Positions 9,459 through 19,021 of a stretch of 64,000 bases of DNA are shown piece by piece; position 1 is the stretch's first letter, and each line of letters begins with the position of its first letter. The notes under the pieces are model-generated. The model worked only from the letters and a program-made list of their open reading frames with translations. It made no database searches and was not told where the DNA came from. A program made the position numbers and the translations under genes. The stretch covers positions 1,664,001 to 1,728,000 of the forward strand of contig CAWIGG010000002.1 in the NCBI GenBank assembly GCA_963835575.1. The letters run 5' to 3'. Origin of the DNA: an uncultured Spirochaetota bacterium. Its GTDB lineage: Bacteria; Spirochaetota; Brevinematia; Brevinematales; JAOACQ01.

Positions 9459-9752
9459 ATGGCTCAGATTACAACAGCTGATGTGGAAAAAACCGCCGCA
9501 CTGGCCAAACTGGAATTTTCAGGCGAAGAAAAGAACCGTTTTGTCGATCAGTTTTCAAAAATAATAGGCTTTGTTGAGAAAATCAGCGTGCTTGATACTG
9601 AGAAAATCAATCCAATGACGCATGCGGTTGAAAAGAGTAATGTCGTCAGACCTGATTCTGTACAAGAATCCATGCCGAATAGCGAGATAGAAAAAATATC
9701 GCCTCAATTCGCAGAAGGCAGCATTGTTGTACCCAAGATCATTGAATATTAA
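9459..9752 (+). CDS. gatC: Asp/Glu-tRNA amidotransferase subunit C
   Basis: VEKTAALAKLEF...NVVRPD...VVPKII; AGGAG RBS before ATG 9459. Confidence 0.9.
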   Translation: MAQITTADVEKTAALAKLEFSGEEKNRFVDQFSKIIGFVEKISVLDTEKINPMTHAVEKSNVVRPDSVQESMPNSEIEKISPQFAEGSIVVPKIIEY

Positions 9753-9761
9753 GGGCTCAGA

Positions 9762-10379
9762 GTGGTAAAAAACACCTTTCCTGATATCTATCAAGAAATC
9801 AGAGTCGGCGACAGCTTCTCTCTGAAAGAATTTCAAAAAAAGATTACTAAAAAACATGTAATAATTGATATGGGCTGCGGCCATGGCGACTTTCTCATTG
9901 AACGGACACAGGAACACCCCGATCATTATTTTGTGGGTATTGAGATATCCAGAAAAAGGGTTTTTAAAACTTCTCATCGTTTATCTAAAAGAAATATTAA
10001 GAATTTCGCAGTTATTGATTCTGAAGGAGAGCTGGCTTTAAAACTCCTTTTTCCCGACAATTCAGTTGATGAAATACACATTAATTTTCCCGATCCCTGG
10101 CTCAGGAAAAGGCAATGGAAAAACAGGATCTTTAAACCTTCTTTTTTAATACAGGCTGTCCGGGTCCTTAAAAGCAACGGTTCCCTTTATTTCGTAACAG
10201 ACGTACGGGAATATGCCGAGCAGGTAGGAACTTTATTATCGGAATTTCCGCTTCTAAAAAATAATTATGATAATTTGATTGAAATAAATATCTATGACGG
10301 CTTCCCAACGCTATTTTATAGAAAAATGAGCCCTCTGAGGGACATCAACTATCTTAATTTTATCAAAACAGATTCATGA
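9762..10379 (+). CDS. trmB: tRNA (guanine-N7)-methyltransferase
   Basis: DMGCGHG, VGIE, INFPDPW, TD..EY motifs. Confidence 0.92.
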   Translation: MVKNTFPDIYQEIRVGDSFSLKEFQKKITKKHVIIDMGCGHGDFLIERTQEHPDHYFVGIEISRKRVFKTSHRLSKRNIKNFAVIDSEGELALKLLFPDNSVDEIHINFPDPWLRKRQWKNRIFKPSFLIQAVRVLKSNGSLYFVTDVREYAEQVGTLLSEFPLLKNNYDNLIEINIYDGFPTLFYRKMSPLRDINYLNFIKTDS

Positions 10380-10421
10380 AACTTCTATTTTATTTCATAA
10401 CAATATTTTCCGATTATTATA

Positions 10422-11705
10422 GGGCGGTTTGAAAAACCCACGTATCATATACAAATAGTATATAAAAACATATAATCATAGTCAAAGAAAACAGAGGTAA
10501 GGCTATGACAAAAATTAAGCGGAAAGACCGTAACTTGTTTGAATATCAGGAGCGGATGGAAAAGCTAAGCGGCGTAAAAACACCGCTGGATAAGCTTAAC
10601 AGGGTTGTAGACTTTGAGATGTTCCGGCCGCTGTTAACAGAGATTTTGGCGCCGAAAGAGCAGAAGGCGCCGGGCGGAGCGCCACATTATGACTATGTTT
10701 TCATGTTCAAGATACTGATATTCCAGAGGTATTACAATCTTTCCGATGAGCAAGCGGAATTTCAGATCAATGACAGGTTATCCGTTCAGCGATATCTTGG
10801 GATAACACTTTCGGACAAAGTTCCGGACTACAGTAAAATCTGGGAATTCAAGGAAAAACTGATGAAAGCGAAAGCAATAGAGAAACTTTTTAAAATATTC
10901 GATGAGAATCTTGAGAATAAAGGTGTGATAGGGAAAGCGGGCGTTATGGTAGACGCAAGTTTTGTGGATGTTCCCCGGCAGAGGAACAGCCGCGAAGAAA
11001 ACAAGAAAATAAAAGAAGGCGAGGTTCCGGAAGATTGGAAAGATAATACGCATAAGCTTTCCCATAAAGACACGGATGCGCGCTGGATGACCAAGAATAA
11101 AGAGAGGCATTACGGATACAAAAACCATACAAAGGTTGATGTGAAGTCAAAACTTATTCGTTCTTATGTCACGACAGATGCGAGCGTTCACGATTCACAG
11201 GTAGTTGAACCTCTATTGAATGAGAAAGACAAAGGGAAGCCGTTTTACGCGGACAGCGCATATGTTGGCCCAACGGTAGCAGGAATATTAGAAAAATTTG
11301 AGATGAAAAACCGGATTCACGAAAAAGGATACAGAAATAAGCCATTGACGGAGAAGCAGAAAGAAAAAAATAGAAGAAAGAGCCGCATCCGAGTTCGTGT
11401 TGAGCATGTTTTTGGTTTTGTTGAAAATAGTATGAACGGCAGTACAATACGATCGATAGGAAAAGAAAGGGCAGAGAGCCAAATCGGGCTGATGAATCTG
11501 GTTTATAATTTAGCACGGTATGTTGTGGTAAAAGGTCGAATTGCGTCTTGTGCGGCTTAAAATACAGAAGATATGGATAATATTGCCCGTGTTTGGCTGA
11601 ATTTTGGTAATAGAAACAGTTTTTAACCTGTTGGCAGAAATATTTTGAAAATATTTTCTATTATCAGGGAAGTGTTGATAAATTAGGCGGTTTTTAAAAC
11701 CGCCC
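10422..11705 (+). mobile_element. IS5-family insertion sequence, copy 1 (1284 bp)
   Basis: Terminal IRs GGGCGGTTTGAAAAACC / GGTTTTTAAAACCGCCC; TATA duplicated on both flanks; second copy at 46044. Confidence 0.93.
10505..11560 (+). CDS. IS5-family DDE transposase
   Basis: YNLSDEQAE, VDASFV, DTDARW, YGYKNH, YADSAY, RVRVEHVFG. Confidence 0.95.
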   Translation: MTKIKRKDRNLFEYQERMEKLSGVKTPLDKLNRVVDFEMFRPLLTEILAPKEQKAPGGAPHYDYVFMFKILIFQRYYNLSDEQAEFQINDRLSVQRYLGITLSDKVPDYSKIWEFKEKLMKAKAIEKLFKIFDENLENKGVIGKAGVMVDASFVDVPRQRNSREENKKIKEGEVPEDWKDNTHKLSHKDTDARWMTKNKERHYGYKNHTKVDVKSKLIRSYVTTDASVHDSQVVEPLLNEKDKGKPFYADSAYVGPTVAGILEKFEMKNRIHEKGYRNKPLTEKQKEKNRRKSRIRVRVEHVFGFVENSMNGSTIRSIGKERAESQIGLMNLVYNLARYVVVKGRIASCAA

Positions 11706-11744
11706 TATATATAAATCTGCGTTGTCACATTTGGAGTGAATTTT

Positions 11745-12785
11745 ATGACAAAAAGCGCTTTTTACGCTTTATTGAAATCAATACCGAAATCCGAGCTGCA
11801 CCTGCACGCGGAAGGAATTATCAGTATTGATACCGTAAAAAAATTTCTGAAGAGGAATAAGAAGCCGGGCAGCGGCGAAAAGGTATTGAATAAATTATTC
11901 AGATATAATAGTTTAAAGGAATTTATTCATTCTTTTCTTTTCATTCAGAATTTGTTTGAAAAACCATCCGATTTTGAAGTTCTTTTTGATGATGTGTCAA
12001 AGTACCTGGTCTCAAACGGTATCGCTTACTGCGAATTATTTTTCGCTCCATCCTCTTTTGTACAAAAAGGCTTGGATTTTGAAGATATAATTAATGTAAT
12101 TAGTAAAAATATAGAAGAAATTAAATCCAGACACAATATTATTGTTAAAATCATCATTGATATCTCAAGAACATTCGGGGTCCAGAATGCGGCCAATAAT
12201 TTAAATCTTGTTGAGAAATACCGGAATAAGAATATTATAGGCATTGGCCTGGGAGGCGATGAATTAAAAGGACCGGCGAGAGATTTTAAAGACTTATTTC
12301 AAACAGCCCGGAAAAGCGGTCTTCATACTGTTGCCCATGCCGGAGAGGACGACGGCCCCCACTCCGTCTGGGACGCCCTTCTCATATTAAAGGCTGAAAG
12401 AATCGGCCATGGCATTTCTTCCATCCAGGATGTTAAATTAATAGAATACCTTAAGGAGCATAACATTCCGCTGGAAATGTGCATCACCAGTAATTTATTC
12501 ACAAAAAAAATCGTCAAAAAAATCGAAGACCATCCGGTAAGAAAACTCTATGAAAAAGGCGTATTGGTTACCATCAATACTGATGATCCGACATTTTTTC
12601 ATATCAATATCATTGATGAATACTGGAGTCTCTATACAAAGCTGAACTTTTCTCTCGAAGAAATAAAATGCCTGATTATCAATGGTTTTAAAGCCGCCTT
12701 TTTGAGTGAAAATGAGAAAAAGGATTACATCCGGAAAGTGGAAGCGAAATGGGCGGAATATATTAAAAATACTAAAGCGGGCTGA
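11745..12785 (+). CDS. add: Adenosine/adenine deaminase
   Basis: PKSELHLHAEG, AHAGE, RIGHG, NTDDP; GGAG RBS before ATG 11745. Confidence 0.9.
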   Translation: MTKSAFYALLKSIPKSELHLHAEGIISIDTVKKFLKRNKKPGSGEKVLNKLFRYNSLKEFIHSFLFIQNLFEKPSDFEVLFDDVSKYLVSNGIAYCELFFAPSSFVQKGLDFEDIINVISKNIEEIKSRHNIIVKIIIDISRTFGVQNAANNLNLVEKYRNKNIIGIGLGGDELKGPARDFKDLFQTARKSGLHTVAHAGEDDGPHSVWDALLILKAERIGHGISSIQDVKLIEYLKEHNIPLEMCITSNLFTKKIVKKIEDHPVRKLYEKGVLVTINTDDPTFFHINIIDEYWSLYTKLNFSLEEIKCLIINGFKAAFLSENEKKDYIRKVEAKWAEYIKNTKAG

Positions 12786-12797
12786 AGCCCGCTTTTT
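12774..12797 (+). terminator. Rho-independent terminator after add
   Basis: AAAGCGGGC-TGAA-GCCCGCTTTTT. Confidence 0.8.
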
Positions 12798-12826
12798 CAT
12801 CAGTCTGATTTATCAATCAGATAAAT

Positions 12827-12908
12827 TGGTCGGGGGTGGATTCGAACCACCGAAGGCAATGCCAGCAGATTTACAGTCTGCCCCCTTTGGCCACTCGGGT
12901 ACCCGACC
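12827..12908 (-). tRNA. tRNA-Tyr (GTA)
   Basis: GGTCGGGTACCCGAGTGG...GCAGA-CTGTAAA-TCTGC...GGTTCGAATCC; long variable arm. Confidence 0.96.
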
Positions 12909-12929
12909 GTTCAAATTTACAACTGGAAT

Positions 12930-12958
12930 ATTCTAAGTAATAACCAATTATTTGTCAA
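12930..12958 (-). promoter_or_regulatory. sigma70 promoter of tRNA-Tyr
   Basis: TTGACA-17 nt-TAGAAT on the minus strand. Confidence 0.75.
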
Positions 12959-12975
12959 AAAAATACCCTTTTTAA

Positions 12976-13004
12976 TAGACTTTGCTTGATTTCTGTTGTA
13001 AAAT
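12976..13004 (+). promoter_or_regulatory. sigma70 promoter of tRNA-Arg/tRNA-Ser
   Basis: TAGACT-17 nt-TAAAAT. Confidence 0.6.
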
Positions 13005-13019
13005 ATCTACCTCGAAAGC

Positions 13020-13093
13020 GCGCTCATAGCTCAGATGGATAGAGCATCAGATTGCGGATCTGGGGGCCGGAGGTTCGACTCCTCCTGGGCGCA
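13020..13093 (+). tRNA. tRNA-Arg (GCG)
   Basis: Acceptor GCGCTCA/TGGGCGC; anticodon arm TCAGA-TTGCGGA-TCTGG; GGTTCGACTCC T-arm. Confidence 0.93.
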
Positions 13094-13106
13094 AATTAAA
13101 ATAGTT

Positions 13107-13193
13107 GGAGAGATGCCAGAGCGGTCGATCGGGTCTGACTCGAAATCAGATGTGCAAGCGATTGCACCGGGGGTTCGAATCCCTCTCTCTCCG
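13107..13193 (+). tRNA. tRNA-Ser (CGA)
   Basis: GGAGAGA/TCTCTCC acceptor; TCTGA-CTCGAAA-TCAGA; long variable arm; GGTTCGAATCC. Confidence 0.96.
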
Positions 13194-13420
13194 ATGGTAC
13201 ACATCCTGTAAATCCTATTAATGCGGGCAATTATAAATCTTAATATAGAGTTGGTGAAATATTCAATGTGATTTTAATTGCCGTTTCTGAGAATTTCTTA
13301 ATAATGACAAAACTTTTGGGGATCAAGGACTTCCGCTTACATTACTTCCGGCATTCCAGCGATTCCTTGTCATTAGAATTATAAATTTCATCTGAAAGAA
13401 AGTTTGGGGAAAAAGGCGAT

Positions 13421-13861
13421 TTATTTTTCGGCTGGTAAAACCACCAGATTTCCCTTCATCCCGAAGTGTCCCATTCCGCAAAATACCGAGCAATGGATAA
13501 GATAACTGCCTTCTGCTTCAGCCTTGAAGGTTATTGTTTCAGTTTTTCCAGGTGACAGTTGACGGTCAATTTTTAATTCCGAAATGCCAAACCCATGCGT
13601 CACATCTAAGCTGGTAACCTCTAACTGCACTTGCTCTCCGCTCATGACAACGATCGGATCCGGTACAAATTCATATTGTTTAGCCTGTACCTTGATTACA
13701 CGGACTCCATCTTTGAGCTCACCGGAAGGTATAAGAGACTTAGTTTCCGTTTTTGTGAGTTTAGTATATCCAGGGGCGCAACTTATTAATACTAAGGCCA
13801 AAAAACTTGCGCTTAGTGTTAATACTAGAAAATTCATTCCCTCTTTTTTTGCTTTTCTCAT
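13421..13861 (-). CDS. Stand-alone CuA/cupredoxin (COX2-like) lipoprotein
   Basis: Lipobox-like LISC; DVTHGF and HCSVFCGMGHFGM CuA ligands. Confidence 0.8.
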   Translation of the reverse strand: MRKAKKEGMNFLVLTLSASFLALVLISCAPGYTKLTKTETKSLIPSGELKDGVRVIKVQAKQYEFVPDPIVVMSGEQVQLEVTSLDVTHGFGISELKIDRQLSPGKTETITFKAEAEGSYLIHCSVFCGMGHFGMKGNLVVLPAEK

Positions 13862-14275
13862 AATAAAGCCTCCTCAAGTTTATTTAATGTTTACTGACAG
13901 AAATGCTTATCATTCCAACATAATAGGATATAAATTTCAACCGGTAAAAAGGCGACATAATCGCCAATTTCAAGGCAGTTAAGTCAAAGTCCCTGTAAAA
14001 AAAATTACCGATTCTTATAAATTAGCATAAAATCAATTAAATATAGATATTTGAGGACTAATCGTCAAACAGGCTTCCTATATTTGAAAAGACAGGGCCT
14101 GCATCACTCATAGGCCATTACGCCGATTTTCAAATAAGGAAATAAAGATATCGGATAAGATCAAAATAGGCTTGTGAAAAGACTTAAGGCTAATAAAACC
14201 AATGCAAAACTTCGCCCTGATGAACAGAGAGAAAAAATAAAGAGCAGCGTATGGGAATTTGGGGTAATTTAATTT

Positions 14276-15061
14276 TCAACCTTTCTTTTTTTTAAATATT
14301 TTTTTTATCCCGCGGGTAATTATCCGTACAATATGTCTGGGAATAATATAAATAAAAGTAATCGTTACAAGCGCAGTATTAAGCACACTGATGTGAAAAT
14401 TATCTTTAAATCCTTTAAAGTGGCTCACTCTCTCCTCAGCCGGAGGATAATAAACACCAATGGGTACAATTTCCACAGGATAGTCGCGCCATATCCATCT
14501 GACCAGCGATTCCAATTCAAAATCATATTTAACAGTAAAAAAATGGAATTTATTCATTCTTGAAACCGTGTATAATCTATAGCCTGATTGAGAATCCTTA
14601 AGGTCCCGGTTAGTTTCCAATTTCACCCAGAAGTTTGAAAACTTCCTTCCGAAAACACTTTTTTTAGGAATGCTCTGATCCGTCATATCGCGGTTGCCGA
14701 TGATTAAGATATCCTTTCCCGGCTTCACTTTTTCCAGGAATTTCGGGATGTCGGAAGGATAATGCTGGCCGTCAGAATCGAGAGTGATCGCATATTCATA
14801 TCCCAATTCTTCCGCTTTTTTCAGACCCTTTCTTAAGGCGGCGCCCTTGCCCTGGTTTTTTGAAAAAGAAACAACGTCTATTTTATTTTTAAAGCGGTTC
14901 AGAATACTCTCTGTTTTATCTGTACTCCCATCGCTGACAACGATGACATTCCTGGTATATTCCAGTGTTTCAATGATCACTTTCTCGACAGTCTTCTCGT
15001 TATTGTAAGTAGGGATAATTACACAAAAGTTTATGTCAGAATAACTCCTGTTGTTTCTCAT
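14276..15061 (-). CDS. GT2 glycosyltransferase (aryl-polyene/flexirubin-cluster type)
   Basis: IIPTYNN, DGSTD, GKGAAL, LDSDGQH, DSQSGYRLY, RVSHF. Confidence 0.88.
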   Translation of the reverse strand: MRNNRSYSDINFCVIIPTYNNEKTVEKVIIETLEYTRNVIVVSDGSTDKTESILNRFKNKIDVVSFSKNQGKGAALRKGLKKAEELGYEYAITLDSDGQHYPSDIPKFLEKVKPGKDILIIGNRDMTDQSIPKKSVFGRKFSNFWVKLETNRDLKDSQSGYRLYTVSRMNKFHFFTVKYDFELESLVRWIWRDYPVEIVPIGVYYPPAEERVSHFKGFKDNFHISVLNTALVTITFIYIIPRHIVRIITRGIKKIFKKKKG

Positions 15062-15218
15062 TTACTAGCTTCCCCTTTTTCATAAATTGAGCCTTTGATA
15101 ACGGCAAATCGAAAGGCCTTATTTTCGGGAGTTATTTCAATATTTAAGGGTGGATTTTGAAATTGTATCCTTTATGTCCAAATAAATCCGTGTCACCTGA
15201 ATATTCAGTTTCTTTAAT

Positions 15219-15833
15219 CTATATATTTTTGTCTTTTTTGAGAGCGTCCAGAAATTCCTGAGAATTGACCATTTTCACGGTTTCACATCCTATCTGGTTC
15301 ATGATATCATTAAATGCTTCCACCATAGGGTCGTAAGACACGACGATTCCAAATCCAGTGCTCTTGAAAATCTGCTTTTTATACAGGATAGTGGATCTAT
15401 CGAAAGCAATGAGTTGAATTTCAATGGAACATTCAATCTTGTAACCCATGTATCCGTCACACCAGAATTTCTTAATGAAGATGTCCAGGGATGGCGAGCT
15501 ATTTTCTACGACTAAATAACCACTTTGCGAAAGGGCTTGTTTTATAGTTTTTTTTACTTCCTCAGCGACAGTCGTTCCTTTTTCTGAATTTAAAGACCAG
15601 GGATTGCCGTATCCGCCGCGAACCGTGCCTAATCTTGATGGTTCATTTTTACCGTATTCCACATCACGTGCATCGATCACATTTCTAATCGTAATGTCCC
15701 CGTAATTGCCTCCTTTATCCGAATATTGCGCCCTGGTAAAGGAAATTGCAGGAACACAGCTCAAGAGACACATGCATACTATATCGGCAAACAAGAAAAA
15801 TGCAAATTTAGAGATTGTTTTATATTTTATCAT
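15219..15833 (-). CDS. Hypothetical lipoprotein (YajG-like)
   Basis: LLSC lipobox; V.DAR and LG.VRGGYGNP motifs. Confidence 0.55.
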   Translation of the reverse strand: MIKYKTISKFAFFLFADIVCMCLLSCVPAISFTRAQYSDKGGNYGDITIRNVIDARDVEYGKNEPSRLGTVRGGYGNPWSLNSEKGTTVAEEVKKTIKQALSQSGYLVVENSSPSLDIFIKKFWCDGYMGYKIECSIEIQLIAFDRSTILYKKQIFKSTGFGIVVSYDPMVEAFNDIMNQIGCETVKMVNSQEFLDALKKDKNI

Positions 15834-15931
15834 GTTTCATTATCCTATCTAAAAAAACCAAACTGGGAAAATTCTACTTGATTTCTGAAATTAATGCAAA
15901 TAATTATTTAGTTATCAACTATCTTGTTAGA

Positions 15932-17622
15932 CCTAAACTGAGCGATTCTTTTATTAATTCAAAAAATCGGCCTGTTAAACGGGTGGGGTTTTAGAAATTT
16001 TAAGGAGTGAGATATTACCCATCCAATTTAAAGTACAAGACCCTTTAGAAAAGGTCCTTATTTGTTGAAATTTTAGTTTTGAGCGCAATACCCCCTTATC
16101 CGGTTTTTTAGCTTTAATAATTTATATTGGGACAACGAACAGGCATTTGTCCCAAACTTTAAATAGCCCCAATTCGTCTATTACTTCATGCCGAAATTTC
16201 AATACAATTTTTCTGCTTCTTCTTACGATCTTTCCGGCTATGTCAATAAAAAGCCGTCTTACAGTGTCCGGATAACTGCCAATTGGGAAGCTATCTGAAA
16301 GCGCGTCTTCCTGCATAGCAATCAATAAATTGCGGGATATCAGCATCAGAAAATAGTATGCGGCATTTGAGATAAACCTTTTGAAAGGGAGTGTTTCATC
16401 CGCAAACTCCTTCACGCTCCGATTTACCAATTCATCCTTCGCCCTTAAGAGATAAAGTTCGATAATCTCTTTAGCCGCCAGGTATTTTTCCAGTCCTGCC
16501 TTTTTTAGTAATTCCTGATTATATAAATTTGTGTAAATTAAATTATCCGGTTTCGCAAAATCCAGAAGGTACTCATCTCCATTATTTGCCCTTTTACAGT
16601 AAATCGCCCGGCGGCCTTTGCTCCATTTCTCCCGTTTGTCTCTAAAATCACAATATTCCCAGACATCGCCTTTTCTCTCAAAATTGCTCCAGCCTTGCGG
16701 AAGCTTGCGGATCAAATCCAGTTTGATGTCGTTGTACATTGTACCGCCGCAGATATAGTAATGTCCGTTTTCTTCCATCCATTCATAGTATTTCTGATCA
16801 TTGAACCCACTATCTGAAACAACAATAACCGGCACGTCTTTATCGTATTCTTTACGGATCTTTCCGATGATTTTTTCAAGCGATTCGTTCAGGTCATTCC
16901 CGTGATTACAATGTGCGCTCCCTTCCCGAAACAGCGAATAAATCACATAAGGCCCCCAATAGAACAATAAAGGATGAAACCCTTTTACCATTTTATATGT
17001 CAGAGTTACGCCTTCCCGTTTTCGCGCGCTGTTATTGTCTAATACCGTCGAATCAACACCAAGTACAATTACCTTTGGCCGGGTTATTTTGAGCCGCCAG
17101 ATAAACAACTCCAGTAAAAAATGACCTAAAGCATTCACCATTTTTTCCGTTACGGCGCCTAAGAACCGTTTCATTGTATGTGAGGATGCCATTTCATTCT
17201 TTGAGAACTCAATTGTCCCGGCATACCCCATATTGTTTTTCAGATCGTCAAACCTCGTCATAGTATTTTGGCTTCCGTCAACGAAAAAGCAGAATATCTG
17301 CTTTAGTATATTCTCGATCTTTTGCCCTTTTGAACTTTTCCGCAGGCCGTCAAATATTCCAGTAATCAGCGATAATACGTGTGTCCCTTTGAGGTATCTG
17401 CAAAAAAATGCCAATCCTCCCCTGCCGCTTAATAGATCATCCGTTATTCCAATTTCAGAAATCTCATTTTTGCAATATTTATTTTTTTCAGCCATAATTA
17501 ACCTGCTTTTGCACCCAATGGGTGTTTTTTCGGGGTAAGGATGGCGGCAACCATTTCCTTACCCCATTCTATTTTAGCATGGTTTTTTATAATTCGGCTA
17601 ATAAAGAATCGCTCAGTTTAGG
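15932..17622 (-). mobile_element. IS1380-family insertion sequence (1691 bp)
   Basis: 20-bp perfect IRs CCTAAACTGAGCGATTCTTT / AAAGAATCGCTCAGTTTAGG; 5-bp target duplication TTAGA (15927-15931, 17623-17627). Confidence 0.92.
16122..17495 (-). CDS. IS1380-family transposase
   Basis: LSGRGGL, GVDST, REG...Y....GFHPL, DSGF, F..NAAY; 457 aa. Confidence 0.88.
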   Translation of the reverse strand: MAEKNKYCKNEISEIGITDDLLSGRGGLAFFCRYLKGTHVLSLITGIFDGLRKSSKGQKIENILKQIFCFFVDGSQNTMTRFDDLKNNMGYAGTIEFSKNEMASSHTMKRFLGAVTEKMVNALGHFLLELFIWRLKITRPKVIVLGVDSTVLDNNSARKREGVTLTYKMVKGFHPLLFYWGPYVIYSLFREGSAHCNHGNDLNESLEKIIGKIRKEYDKDVPVIVVSDSGFNDQKYYEWMEENGHYYICGGTMYNDIKLDLIRKLPQGWSNFERKGDVWEYCDFRDKREKWSKGRRAIYCKRANNGDEYLLDFAKPDNLIYTNLYNQELLKKAGLEKYLAAKEIIELYLLRAKDELVNRSVKEFADETLPFKRFISNAAYYFLMLISRNLLIAMQEDALSDSFPIGSYPDTVRRLFIDIAGKIVRRSRKIVLKFRHEVIDELGLFKVWDKCLFVVPI

Positions 17623-17727
17623 TTAGATTGATGTTTAATTTGAGATTTTTTATGCATCTTGATAAAATATTTCCTGCTTGAATCATAGTTAGACTCTATA
17701 TATTTATTGATTTTCAGGAGATAATGC

Positions 17728-18981
17728 TTGAAGATAAAACTGATTTACCCAAAATGGCCGAAACTAAAAAATCAGCCGGAATTCAACCTTCCGCCGCATG
17801 GGCCAGTCTGTTTTGCCGCAGCGCTTCCTAAAGATATTGATATTTCATTCTGCGATGAAAATGTAGAAACATTACATTTTGATAATGATGCCGATTTGAT
17901 CTGCATGTCAGTAATGCTGACATGTCAAATACCCAGAGCATGGCAGATTGCCGACACCTATCGTGAAAAGGGTAAAAAAGTTATTTTCGGCGGAATTGCC
18001 GTTATGCTTCATTATGAGGAAACCCTCCAGCATGCTGACAGTGTATTTTTAGGCGAAGCAGAGGGCCGGATGGAAGAGGTCATTAATGATTTTAAAAACG
18101 GAGCATTAAAAAAAACCTATGATTTTCTTCTTAATTTTCCCGATACAAAATTAATCGGGACCGCACGCAGGGACATATTAAACCGCGAGCTGTATAATTT
18201 CCGCGGAGTACAAATGGTTGATTTAGTGCACGCTTCACGCGGCTGCCGGTTTAACTGCTTTCCATGCTGTACCCCCTATCTGGGAGGATGTAAATTCCGT
18301 CCGCGGCCTATTGAAAAGGTGGTTGAAGAGCTGAAAAACATTGATAATAACCGCTTGTTTATTGTAGACAACTCGCTTTCTCAGGACGACGAATGGGAAA
18401 AGGCATTATTTAAAGCTATAGTCCCCCTTAAAAAAAAGTGGGTGTCCCATCCCATAAAAGACGACGATGAGATTCTTGATCTCGCGGCTGAAGCCGGATG
18501 CTGGTATATCTATCAGGCAGTTGTGGATACATCAGACCACATTAGAAAGAAAATCAAGCGTCTTAAGGAACGCGACATCGGCGTCGAAGGGACCATCATT
18601 CTGGGCACTGATGATCATGACGAAGATTACATAAAACGGCTGGTTGATTTTCTTATGGAGATAGAGCTTGATCTTGCTGAGTTTACAATACTGACGCCTT
18701 TTCCGCATACGCCGATCCGGACCCAGTTGGAAAAACAGGGGCGCATCCTGCATAACGATTGGACAAAATATACCTGCGGCGAAGTGGTTTTTAAACCGGC
18801 AAAGATGAGCGTTGATTCTTTACAGAATATGTATGAATATGCATGGAATACATTTTATGGGGATTTTAGTAAAGAAGTAAAAATGGCAAAGTTATATTTG
18901 AAAGTCATTGAGCTTGAAAAAAAGGACGGGACATTTAAACAGCCGAGATTAAGCCCTGAACGCGGCTGGGTAAAAATCTAA
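17728..18981 (+). CDS. B12-binding radical SAM protein (island copy 1)
   Basis: SRGCRFNCFPC; B12-binding-like N-terminus (DEN, VIFGGI, GEAEG); TTG start with AGGAG RBS. Confidence 0.88.
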   Translation: MKIKLIYPKWPKLKNQPEFNLPPHGPVCFAAALPKDIDISFCDENVETLHFDNDADLICMSVMLTCQIPRAWQIADTYREKGKKVIFGGIAVMLHYEETLQHADSVFLGEAEGRMEEVINDFKNGALKKTYDFLLNFPDTKLIGTARRDILNRELYNFRGVQMVDLVHASRGCRFNCFPCCTPYLGGCKFRPRPIEKVVEELKNIDNNRLFIVDNSLSQDDEWEKALFKAIVPLKKKWVSHPIKDDDEILDLAAEAGCWYIYQAVVDTSDHIRKKIKRLKERDIGVEGTIILGTDDHDEDYIKRLVDFLMEIELDLAEFTILTPFPHTPIRTQLEKQGRILHNDWTKYTCGEVVFKPAKMSVDSLQNMYEYAWNTFYGDFSKEVKMAKLYLKVIELEKKDGTFKQPRLSPERGWVKI

Positions 18982-19021
18982 TTATAACGGCCTCAGACAA
19001 TCCATTCTTAAGGAAAAAGCA

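Noticed and set aside
10778..11516. Antisense ORFs inside IS5 (also 46400-47138)
   Set aside because: Shadow frames of the transposase, duplicated only because the IS is duplicated
13196..13420. Possible integrase remnant or riboswitch after tRNA-Ser
   Set aside because: No ORF, recombinase motif or recognisable riboswitch consensus; only weak inverted repeats
14075..14141. Imperfect ~15-bp inverted repeat TTCCTATATTTGAAAA / TTTTCAAATAAGGAA
   Set aside because: Single AT-rich instance with no target duplication or family support
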